Part shown: piece after piece, positions 38,540-50,050 of the stretch
Numbering within the stretch: position 1 is the stretch's first letter
Layout: each line of letters begins with the position of its first letter
Origin: Octopus sinensis
Taxonomy: Eukaryota
Assembly (NCBI RefSeq): GCF_006345805.1
Contig: NC_042997.1
Span: 92,256,001-92,320,000, forward strand
Reading direction: 5' to 3'
DNA: 64,000 nt
Made by a program: the position numbers and the translations under genes
The notes under the pieces: generated by a model
Told to the model about the DNA's origin: nothing
Databases searched by the model: none
What the model saw: the letters and a program-made list of their open reading frames with translations, nothing else

Positions 38540-39700
38540 TCACAAGAGAAATGAGCAACACCACAATCACAACTGACATTACCAAAGCACAGATACACTC
38601 CAGTACCTAAATTTCAAATCATGCCACCCAACACACACAAAACGCAACATCCCGTACTGTCTATCCAGGAAAATTTGTACTATAGTAGATGATCCAAATA
38701 CCAGAAACATCAACTTATAGAACTCAAAGGATTTCTGCAAAATTACCTTCTCCTACTTATAGAAAATAGCATATAACGGGCAAAAGAGATACCTATAGAA
38801 CAACTTAAGGCAACACGAAAAAGACAAACCCATCAACGGAACACAATACCATTTCTAGTAACACACAATCCGCATCATCAAAACATTTTTAACATCATCA
38901 AAACAATTTTGCCAATCATAACAAAGTGAAAAATTAAAAAACATAATAATTAATCAAACACTTATCTTAAGCAAAAGGCAACCACATAACCTAAAGAAAC
39001 TATTAACAAAGGCAAAATTCAACATGAACAAACAGCATAAAACTTTTACAGTATCGAAGTATAATGATAACAAATGTGGAACGTGTTAATACATGCATAC
39101 TGGTAGATCCATTAGAACAAAAAATGGACAGATTTTCGCAAATGCAGATATGAACAGCAAAAGCAGAAATTTGATCAACTGCATTAAATGCCCGAATTGC
39201 TACGAACTATATAGAGGCGAGACAGGGGATGCATTATCGGAACGCTCACCAGTCCACAGACAACAAATCCGGAACACCAATGTTCGCCAAATTCCATTGA
39301 GCGAACATATAGAAACATGTGGTCAGAAAATGTTTCTAATTTTTCCTTTCCACAAACTACATGACACAAGTGAGGTTGGAAGAAAGATAAAACAAAAACG
39401 GTTTATTAAAATGTTCAAACCGGTTCTGAATGGAAATAACAACAATAATATAGCAACCAGTTAATGATGTGGATTAAAAAGTATCGTTAACATATGAATA
39501 TAAACAAATTGCAGAATATCGGTACACACGGCAAACCATGACGTTTAAGCTGCATGTGGGTTGGTCAAAACCGCATTCCAAAAATTCAGCTTCTTGGAAC
39601 GTTCTAAGAGGTACTACAGTTGTCAAGAATTCAACTGTCAGTTAAATAAATTTTGAAATCTGATGATTACTACGAACGTATGAAAGCACTAAATGAACTC
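38540..39700 (+). mobile_element. Penelope-like element, 3' portion (RT C-terminus, GIY-YIG endonuclease and 3' region), degenerate
   Basis: NIPYCLSRKICTIVDDPNTRN; SRNLINCIKCPNC.ELYRGETG..LSER..VHRQQI..QIPLSEHIETC (39093-39464). HHR-like core at 39660. Confidence 0.85.
39652..39697 (+). ncRNA. Decayed HHR in the PLE 3' region
   Basis: CTGATGA (39660-39666), hairpin TACG-AA-CGTA, GAAA (39682-39685), GCAC, TA. Stem I pairing is lost. Confidence 0.35.
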
Positions 39701-40094
39701 TATGAACATTACAAAAAAATTTTTAATGTTAAAATACCATAATAAAAAAACCTAAAATCCAGACCATGTTTTAACCTTATTCAACTGATATATTATTCGA
39801 TACACATTCACACAAATTCAGAAAAAATAGATACATACTTACATAGACACACACACACACAAACACACACACACACCACACACACACACACCACACACAC
39901 ACACACACATACACACACAATAGGTGACGGGAATATCATAAGAGGTAGCTGTCTCGTATCACTTTGCAGCACTTGCTTTCCGCTCTCTGTAGATGAAGAA
40001 GAGATAACTACTCCGAAGCGGATTCATCCCACTGTCTGGTTAGGGAACGCTGTGAGTTGACTCGCTGTATGTACACCTATTTGCCTACAGCGAA

Positions 40095-40250
40095 AAATTT
40101 TTAGTCGAACAAATCGACTCCAGGATTTATTTTTTGTAAGCCTAGTACTTATTCTATCGATCTCTTCACCGAACAGTTAAATTACGGGAACGTAAACACA
40201 CCAACATCGGTTGTCAAGCGATGGTGGTGGGGACAAACGCAGACACAAAT
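40095..40250 (+). mobile_element. SINE-associated repeat (AAGCCTAGTACTTATTC..GTAAACACACCAACATCGGTTG); also near 43320-43430, 46550-46740 (minus) and 55355-55530
   Basis: Multiple dispersed homologous copies within the window. Confidence 0.65.
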
Positions 40251-41051
40251 ACTCAAATATATATATATACATATATACGACGAGCTCCTTACGGTTTCCG
40301 TCTACCAAATTCACTCACAAGGCTTTTGTCAGCCCGAGGTTATAGTAGAAGAAATTTTCCCAAGGTGCTACGTAGAAGAAACTTTCCGTAAAGATGTGCA
40401 TTCGTATGCAGCTTGTCTTTCAGTAAAGATGCGCAGCCTGATGAGTTGACTGGTGCTATGGGAAAATTCCCGAAACCATTAAATGTCTTCATTGCATCAT
40501 AGAAATTGAATAAATCATACCTGCAACATGCATCGAGATTGTTTGCGCTTTTTACATCTGTAGTTCAGAGTGGACCGAGTTTCACTCCGAAATAACTCAC
40601 TAATACTTTTTAAGCTAAAAAAAAAAAAACGGTTTCTCTCGAATTATTCTGTAGGCCTTGTGCATATCATTCTGGAGTCTGCCGAGTGTGTTGAATCCCT
40701 ATCGAATCAGTCTTCATATTTTTATTTATTTATTTATTTATTTATTTATTTTGCGTTTTGAAACCGAAGGTTTTGTACACACGTCATAGTATGGAACTTA
40801 GGTAAGATGATCCTAGCTCTCGAGGTAATGAGTACTGCTGATGCTTTTTGTTTAATGACTAATAAAAGTCCTTACAAATATAGGAATTCAAGCTTTCAGA
40901 ACATAATGTTTAATAATAATTGCATAGCTTAACCTGTGCAATATTAAACAATACTGACCGCTAATAGAAGCCAACCAGTGTCTCGAGACGACTCCACGAT
41001 GATGTTGTCCACTCTCAAGATAATCTTTTCAGAAGAATATAAATGCAGACA

Positions 41052-41146
<95 letters not shown>

Positions 41147-41925
41147 ACATGTATACATACATGCATTCATGCATGCATACATATATACATGCATACATAA
41201 ATGCATGCATTCATGCATGCATGAATGCATTCATAGATGCACATACATACATATATACATACACATATGGCGATTGCTCCATTTTCACAGATGATTGCTT
41301 TCTGTCCATGACCTCTCAAATGACTACTCGTCTCACTGCAGATCTGCATGGCTTGGAAGTCTAGGTGGCAGACGAAAGTTGTAACTTACAGTGCTCTTCC
41401 AGCTGGTTAGGTCTGCAAAAGTCACCGATTTTCCATCACCAGAGGACTTTCATCAGATGAAGTGACAAATGAGGTCATCATAAAGAGACATCTGCGCAAC
41501 ATTAAATTATAATGATAAACGCTAGTACGACGCAAATACCACTTAGTGACAAGCCTATATAAGCCGACCAGTAAACACATGAAACCACAGGTCTTACATA
41601 AATACATACATACATACATACATACATGCATGCATACATACATACATACATACATACTTACATACATACATACATAAATACATACATACATACATACATA
41701 CATACATACATACATACATACATAAATACATACATAAATACATACATACATACATAAATACATACATACATACATACATACATGCATGCATACATACATA
41801 CATACATAAATACATACATACATACATACATACATAAATACATACATACATACATAAATACATACATACATACATACATACATACATACATAAATACATA
41901 AATACATACATACATAAATACATAC

Positions 41926-41956
<31 letters not shown>

Positions 41957-42116
41957 CATACATACATACATACATACATACATACATACATACATACATA
42001 CATACATACATACATACATACATACATACATACATACATACATACATACATACATACATACATGCATGCATACATACATAAATACATACATACATACATA
42101 CATACATACATACATA
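41052..42116. repeat. (TCTA)n (41052-41145) and long (TACA)n (41597-42116) microsatellites
   Basis: Seen directly in the sequence. Confidence 0.9.
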
Positions 42117-42598
42117 AACGCTCACACACATAGAGGTGAGAGAGTATAAGAGAGAGAGGGTGAGAGAGAGAATAGTAAAAAAAGGTAGAGATGATTCATA
42201 ATTTCATTCAGTTCTGCAGCTGTTTCCACTGTAAGAACGCAATCGTCATAATTCATAAAATAACGTTATTATTAAACAAAATTTCATAATTAATTTCAAT
42301 GCGATAAGTATACGGTTTCATTAGGAGATAAAAAATTGAACAATGAAGATCAAAACATCGTCGCTGTTTTAAATATCTTTGCTTGTGAAAACTTATTGTT
42401 TTTTCCTGTTTTAAATACGTTTCCTGAATAATCGTTTTGGCCAATTATAAATGTATGCAAACTTATTCCGGTTATACTTATTCCCTTGTAATAATATTCC
42501 GGGGCTTAACGTTATACTAATAAGTAAGCTCTGAAATGCAGTGGATATATTTTATGGTGCTTATATACACGCACACAGACAGACAGACAGACAAACAG

Positions 42599-42689
<91 letters not shown>

Positions 42690-42691
<2 letters not shown>

Positions 42692-43210
42692 TGCTGAAAC
42701 CATGGACTTGTCTTCTGAAGCATTGTCTTGATGCAACAAAACCCTTTTCGTCACTTTTCCGGGGCGTTTGTTAACTGCCTCAGTAAGTTGACATAGTATT
42801 CTCCATTGAAGACAGTCAATAATTACCCAAATACTGAGGCCATGACATTCCCTGCAGATGAAACGACATTGGCCTTCTCTGGAGAAGGTGAGAAGAGATA
42901 CTTTTACTGCATAGATTGTCTCATTGTCTCTGGCTCAGTGATGAAGCTAATACTCTTCCTGAGATGGGAAGCGTTCAAGGAAACCAGCTGGATCTACTTA
43001 AAACCATATCTGATTTTCCCGTGATATGATCAGCCTGGTGCACTTTTGATCAGATATCATAAGACGTGACACCCACCGAGCAGAAACCTCCGTCATACCA
43101 AGTTCATTGAGCAGATATTCTCAAATCTCACTCGGAATATGCTAATAGCATTGGCTATTTGATTTATAGCCAATCTCCAGTCATCCAAAACCATGTGCTG
43201 TACACGATTA
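42690..43210 (-). pseudogene. Mariner transposase fragments
   Basis: RVQHMVLDDWRLAINQIANAISI and GKVTKRVLLHQDNA. Confidence 0.7.
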
Positions 43211-43431
43211 TTATTTTCCTCATCTTTATACATACTAGCAGAGATACCCGGCCTTGCTCGGGATGAAAATGGCATAGTTTTTTTTATTGTTTTACTTTTT
43301 TCAGGCATGTGTCTGCGGCCATGTTGGAGCACCGCCGACTAATTATTCTATCAGTGACTTTTGCCAAACCGCTAAGTTATAGGTATGTAGACACACCAAC
43401 ATCGGTTGTAAAACAATGGTGGAGGTACACA

Positions 43432-43470
<39 letters not shown>

Positions 43471-43682
43471 GCACGCACGCACGCATGCACGCACGCACTC
43501 ACACACACTAATATATACATATATACCACAATGTTCTTTCACTTTCCGTGTACGAAATCCACCCACAAGGATTTGGTGGGCCAGAGGCTATAATGTATAA
43601 TATATATATATATATATATATATAACATTATTGGTGAATTGAAGAAATGGAGCTGAACGCAGATTGAACAGAAATCGTTTTA

Positions 43683-43772
43683 TTTCATTCTACACGTGTT
43701 TCGAAAGGCACAAATTACCAAAATCCGATTGAATAATGGGACCATATTGTGTCTTTCTCTTCAGGAAGAAAA
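43683..43772 (-). ncRNA. Type I hammerhead ribozyme (left arm of the palindrome)
   Basis: Exact reverse complement of 43967-44056. Confidence 0.75.
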
Positions 43773-43966
43773 AAGGAAATCCGTTGGAAAAACAAAAACA
43801 GAACAGAGGCAGAGCAAAAAACAAATCGAACTGTGCTCCTAAGAGCCCATGGCGAAAAAAAAAAAAAAGGTTTTTTTTTTTTTTCGCCACGGGCTCTTAG
43901 GAGCACAGTTCGATTTGTTTTTTGCTCTGCCTCTGTTCTGTTTTTGTTTTTCCAACGGATTTCCTT

Positions 43967-44056
43967 TTTTCTTCCTGAAGAGAAAGACACAATATGGTCC
44001 CATTATTCAATCGGATTTTGGTAATTTGTGCCTTTCGAAACACGTGTAGAATGAAA
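43967..44056 (+). ncRNA. Type I hammerhead ribozyme with canonical core (right arm of the palindrome)
   Basis: TTTTCTTC, CTGAAGA (43975-43981), helix II GAAAGACACAA/TTGTGCCTTTC (10 of 11 pairs), GAAA (44037-44040), CACGTG, TA (44047-44048), GAATGAAA. Confidence 0.75.
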
Positions 44057-44292
44057 TAAAACGATTTCTGTTCAATCTGCGTTCAGCTCCATTTCTTCAA
44101 TTCACCAATAATGTTTTAATTTCAATTATCCGCACCAACGCACGGTTGCAACGCCAGATGGTTGTACCTCCAACCGTGCTGTTCACTGCTGTGATTTTTG
44201 CTACTAAGGTATCGGTTAAACTTTTGATTAATCTACTACAAGATTATTCATCTTTCTATTTCACATAATATATATATATATAATATATATAT

Positions 44293-44360
<68 letters not shown>

Positions 44361-44618
44361 TATATATATACTCAAAACCTATATAAATTGGCTGAAGAGT
44401 ACTCAGCATCTTAAATCTGCTGTAATATTTACAGCTTTTAATAAAATGTTGTAGTACGAAACAATTGTACCAAATCACCGGAGTCATTCTTGTTGCTTAT
44501 TTTTTATTATAATCACCCCGCAAATTTTTATGGGTAACACCATACAAAATTCTGGTGCATCTAAATTAAGTACCATATTCATTTGAATCTAAATTGTTGC
44601 TGATCTTATATATATATA

Positions 44619-45524
44619 CTAGCAGTATCGCCCGGCGTTGCTCTGGTTTGTAAGGGAAATAACTATATAAGCATTTTTAGTGAGTTATAGCAAAAAATGC
44701 ATTAAAAATGGAATAAAAAATGATGGTAATTTTTTTTTTTTAATCGTTGACTCATCGTAGACATTTTTAGAGAGTTACTTCCCTTATATAATAGCGAAAA
44801 ATGCATTAAAATGGAATAAAAAATGATGGTAAATTTTTTTTTAAATCGTAGACTCATCGTAGACGCGCGCTAATACCTAGATGGGCTCGATATGAATCAC
44901 AACTATAAGATACCCGAATTTGGTGAAACTGCACCGCAAAATGTGGGAGTAGTTAGGAATCTAAATCGTAGGAGACAGACACACAACCTTACTTTTATAT
45001 ATAAAGATTTGTGCAACAACTAAAACATTCGGTTGTGCAAATTGTTTGCACTGGAAACCTGCCCTGTGTGGCGGTAATTGCCGTTTTTGTGGATCTGTTT
45101 CAGCTTTTTTAGCGATTTCTGTTTTGGCGACTTCAAGCCATGAAGTCGATGTTCTAAAAGAACGCTGGTCTCCTTGACAACGCTTTACGACGTTGATTTC
45201 TTTACACTCCCTTCCCCACAGCTTCACGAGGGAGGGAAGAAGGGGGAGAAGCAACACAGGTGCAGCTGTGAGCATGGACGCCAACTCCGCCGCCATCGAC
45301 ACACGAAAAAAATATGCATTAAAATGGAATAAAAAATGATGTTAAATTATTTTTAAAATCGTAGACTCATCGTAGACGCGCGCTAATACCCAGACGGGCT
45401 CGATATGAATCACGACTATAAGATACCCGAATTTGGTTAAACTGCACCGCAAAATGTGGGAGTAGTTAGGAATCTAAATCGAAGGGGACAGACACTCACA
45501 CAACTACAGTTTTATATATATAGA
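44619..45524 (-). mobile_element. Non-autonomous Helitron-like element with an internal duplication
   Basis: Minus strand starts A|TCTATATATATAAAA and ends with a hairpin-like GCAACGCCGGG motif plus CTAG|T. The block at about 44780-45000 is repeated at 45305-45520. Confidence 0.75.
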
Positions 45525-46063
45525 TATATATATAACAAAGAAAAGTGGTGGGGTTGACGTGCAGGTGTACTTGTAAACATTAACCGATTTGGTTGGTATT
45601 TCTTGCACGTCCCTCTACCACTGAACAGGTATTTGTGAATAGCTGTGCTATACTAACCCTAACAATGTGCGCAGTAAAAAAATCTGATTAAAAACAAGAA
45701 TTTGTAAGCGTTATTGTCGGGCCCCTCGTATCATTAATAATATCTTATACAAGTTACCGCCCCTTGTATCATCCGACGTTTATTTATATTGTTTAGTATA
45801 AAATACTTAAAAATAGATGAATCTTTTTTATGTAAATAATTTTTGGTCTTAACATCATCCGATTTGAATTTTTCCTATGAAAATCCCTATTTTTTACGAT
45901 TTTTTGACTGCTGTGTCGCCATTTTTCAGTGTATTTCAACCAGAAAAATGTTCACTTAAAGAGAATAACAAGTCACATAATGCAAAATTTTTACTTTTCA
46001 AAAATTCCAAATCTAAAGGGTTGAAAAGAAAACAAACCCGAGCAACGCCGGGCTATACTCCTA

Positions 46064-46064
<1 letters not shown>
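45525..46064 (+). mobile_element. Non-autonomous Helitron-like element; homologous copy at 63225-63614 (minus)
   Basis: 3' end CCCGAGCAACGCCGGG..CTAG|T. The body matches the reverse complement of 63240-63440. The 5' boundary is approximate. Confidence 0.7.
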
Positions 46065-46131
<67 letters not shown>

Positions 46132-46756
46132 ATTAAGAGAAATATCCTCTATTAAGCAATTTAATAGTGAAAGACATTATCCATATTAAATAGAAAAAAT
46201 TTAAATATACTATGATAAATATTATTCAAAAAATTAAATTTAATTAAATCTATTGATTTTTTGAATTATATTTATTATAGTGTATTTCAGTTTTTTTTTT
46301 ATTTAATATGGATAATGTCTTTCACTATTGAAATGCTTAATAGAGGTTATTTCTCTTAACTATATACATATAAGGCGTAGAAGTGGCTGTGTTGTAAGTA
46401 GCTTGTTTACTAACCACATGGTTCCGGGTTCAGTCCCACTGCGTGGCACTATAGCCTCGGGTCGACCAAAGCCTTGAGATTGGATTTGGTAGACGGAAAC
46501 TGAAAGAAGCCCATCGTATATATGTATATGTGTGTGTATATGTTTGTGTGTCTGTGTTTGACCCCCCCAACATCGCTTGACAACCGATGCTGGTGTGTTT
46601 ACGTCCCCGTAACTTAGCGGTTCGTCAAAAGAGACCGATAGAATAAGTACTAGGCTTACAAAGAATAAGTCCGCGGGTCGATTTGCTCGACTAAAGGCGA
46701 TGCTCCAGCATGACCACACACAAATGACTGAAACAAGTAAGAGAGTAAAAGAGTAA

Positions 46757-47501
46757 TCTCTATATATATAAAAGGCAAGTTGTCTGTCTGTGTGTCTGTG
46801 TGTCTGTCAGGTTGTACCCTCACCCTGACCACGGCTTTCAAACGATTCTGATGAAACTTGACACACACATAGCCCAATGTCATAATTCAAAACTAATGCA
46901 GCGAAAATTTTGAAAAGTTCCCCCAGTTCTGAAAAAAATCGATAAATTCGACATGGGGTCTAGAATCTAAGCTTTCCGTTGTAGTTTTCGCAACATGCAA
47001 TCGAGTTTCACCAAACTAATGGTGAAGCTTAATGTTACCCTAAGGAACTTAATTCTGTCGTTAGTTTTCCATGCAATACCTTACCATCAGAAAAAATCGA
47101 TAAAATCATGCCAATTTAAGAAATCGCGTTCAAATTCAAGATGACATATTTTCGACAATATCTTTAACAAATTGGCAGGAATGTTTTTTGAAATTCACAG
47201 CGAGCATCATGTCTGCTCCAAGGAGCTATATGGCCCTTTTGATTCCAATAGGATACGTTATTACTGGGAAAAACCGCAGAACTGGGTTGAGTGTGCTAAA
47301 CAAAACCAGAAAATGCACTTTGAATGTCATAGATTTTCTTCATGCATGCAAGGGAACTGTGCTTTGAATGCCTTAATGCCTTTTAGGCTTCATTTTACAA
47401 AATAACGGTTCAATGAGTACAAAAAAGGGTAAAAAGGTAAAGGACATTGCTTATCGACAAAGTTTCTTACATACCCGGGCAACGCCGGGCTATGCTGCTA
47501 G
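46757..47501 (+). mobile_element. Non-autonomous Helitron-like element
   Basis: 5' A|TCTCTATATATATAAAAGGC; 3' CCCGGGCAACGCCGGG hairpin plus CTAG|T. Confidence 0.75.
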
Positions 47502-47582
47502 TATATTATATATTGTGAAATTTGATTTAGAATTGCTAAATTGAATTCTTTCCTGTAAGTTTGGAATTATATTTCCTACTAT

Positions 47583-47643
<61 letters not shown>

Positions 47644-47918
47644 GAATCAGAAGCAGTTTGGGGTATATAAACAAAATCGAACACAGATACACAAGGTATA
47701 TGTGTTGCTAGCTCGTGGGGTGAGTGCGTTTTTTTTAGGCATAAGAGAATATGTTTTCAATGCCCTTGGTGTATGACTTACTTTCAGGTGTTTTACACCA
47801 GAGACATTTTGAATATATTCTCTCACACCTAAGAAAATGCAGCCGCCCCACGAACTAACAATACACACACACACACACCTTGTGCATGTGTGTTTGACTT
47901 TATATATATATATATATA

Positions 47919-48940
47919 TCAACTACATACGTGGGAAATTCTGTCTGTGGGTGAGTCTGTTCGCGGAGTTGTTAGCCAACTCCTCCTACATCGTTTTATC
48001 GATTGTGATGAAACTTGACACGTAAGTAGAACTCATGTCTGGAAACCTCATGGCATATTCAGATTGTTGAAAAACAATCGATAATAGGGCCCCTGGAAAG
48101 GATCCTTATATATAACTAATGTATTTTATTTTAACAGCCAGAGGAAATAACCCGTTCATTTTCCTATACGATTTGGTAAGAATCAAATTGAGTATGCTTA
48201 ATTCTTAGTATTTGAACTGTTTGAGTTATTTTCGTAATTTATCCAGTACAACCCTTAAACAAGTAAATAGTATTTTCCTAAACAATAGATCCACTTATTT
48301 CGATTAGTGACTTGTTCACAAATATGCCATTAATGATGATGCCTTTCATGTCACTTCAGCCAATTGACAAGTGCTGCATGAAGTTCTGCTTTTAGACAAA
48401 CACACTGTCAATACAAAGGTCACACCCTGTTTACATGTAGGAACACCTTCTTAAAATCTATCTGTACATCTTGAAGATGGCCAGGGAGTATATTTCACAG
48501 AAGACAATGTTCGAAATATAGTTCTGAATCCATGAGAAACTACTTTGACAGCTTTCTTCAAATGTGATCTTTTGGCCTGAACACTGTTGTATGTAGAGGT
48601 CCCCGTTACTATACCTGGGAACACAGTAGATGGAACAGACGCAAGCAAGGAACACGCATTGAGGGCTTGGAAGAAGATGCTGTCTTCGGAAGTGGGGCCA
48701 TCGCGCGGGTATACACTGTTCACCCTAACCAGCAGGAGTGCTTCTTTCTGCATTTACTACAACACACTGTCAGAGGTCTTACATCATTCACAGACTTTCG
48801 AAGACACAATGGGAAGTCTGCACGACCTATAGAGAAGCCTGCGCCAAACCTGGACTACTGGAGGACGATGCTCACTGGGACCAGACACTGAAGGAGGCAG
48901 CAATTATGAGAACGGAACCAAGGGATAAGCCATCAGCTAG
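47919..48940 (+). mobile_element. Helitron derivative retaining a RepHel coding fragment (about 48465-48905)
   Basis: HLEDGQGVYFTEDN, TTLTAFFK, TLLYVEVP.YYTW, IARVYTVHPNQQECFFLHLL.HTVRG.TSF and CTTYREAC..GLLEDDAHWDQTLKEA; TC start and CTAG|T end. Confidence 0.8.
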
Positions 48941-48974
<34 letters not shown>

Positions 48975-48976
<2 letters not shown>

Positions 48977-49183
48977 ACCTCGTGAGCACCGCCAGCAATT
49001 TTTTTCCCTCTGTCTTCCCTTCTCTGGAGCTTTCCTTCTCCTTTGTTTTCGACGAAGAGCTCCGCTCGAAACGTTAAACCCTCTTTCCCTTCTTTCCTGA
49101 GCGTCCAATAATACTTTATTTGTTCCACGTCCTCGCGTTGGTGTGTTTTTTTGTGTTTTTTTTGTGTGTTTTCTTGTTTGGAT

Positions 49184-49190
<7 letters not shown>
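48975..49190 (+). mobile_element. Short dispersed element with a minimal HHR-like motif at 49045-49079; homologue at 61757-61960 (minus)
   Basis: GTTT-TCGACGA-A-GAGC(TCC)GCTC-GAAA-CG-TT-AAAC; flanked by (TA)n on both sides. Confidence 0.6.
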
Positions 49191-49280
<90 letters not shown>

Positions 49281-49294
49281 TATATATAATATAT

Positions 49295-49326
<32 letters not shown>

Positions 49327-49599
49327 GTGTTGGTCGTGTGTATGTGTATTTATGTATGTAAGTAAGTATCAGGGACGTGCCCCCTAGGTAGGCAAGGTAG
49401 GCAGTGCCTACCTTGAATTAAATAGATCGATACCAACATTTTCCATTTATGGCAAAATATGGATCTAATTCAATAAAATTATGAAGGTTAATCTGATTAC
49501 TATGCGTAAAATACAAAATATTTCATTCTTTTGTAGATTAGGTAGGCATAATTTGCACCTGCTTTTCAATCTCACTATTTAACATACGCATAGTACTGC

Positions 49600-50050
49600 T
49601 GTAGTACACTTGCTGTGTACACTCCTACAACACCGTTTTCGTTACGTACTATACAGGCAAAGGTGAATCTGCCTTCAACTCAGTCGGGCGCTAGTGTTTC
49701 GCTTATTTTTTGTGTTTTACTACATAAAGGTCACCCTGAGTAGTTACTGACGGTATGTGCCTGGTATGTATGTATGTATGTATGTATGTATGTATGTATG
49801 TATGTATGTATGTATGTATGTTTGTATGTGTGCAGATTTGTATGTTTTGCTTTATGTATGTATTTTCATGCATATAGTTGCACATCTAGACATGCTCATA
49901 TATATTTAGATGGTAAACGTCTAGAAAGTTTTACAGATTTTTACAGTTCCAGTGAAGGATTGGATTTGTAGTCTTCGAATTAGCTTTCTCCTCTCTGGTT
50001 TTGAGAAGCCTGATTTCTCAAGATTGGTATTTAGGCAGTGTGTTACATAT
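49600..50050 (+). repeat. Dispersed repeat of about 450 bp containing (TATG)n; second copy at about 52300-52770
   Basis: Collinear homology, e.g. CCTACAACACCG..CTGAGTAGTTACTGACGG..TTTTACAGATTTTTACAGTTCCAGTG. Confidence 0.85.

Larger units (their letters stand above)
43624..44115. repeat. 492-bp near-perfect palindrome centred on A14-GG-T14
   Basis: One arm mismatch seen (CCCATGGCG vs CCCGTGGCG). The unit starts right after (TA)n, and the plus-strand arm continues to a second (TA)n at about 44265. Confidence 0.95.

Noticed and set aside
43690-44049. Four ORFs occurring as mirrored pairs on both strands
   Set aside because: They are an artefact of the palindrome and have no coding signature.
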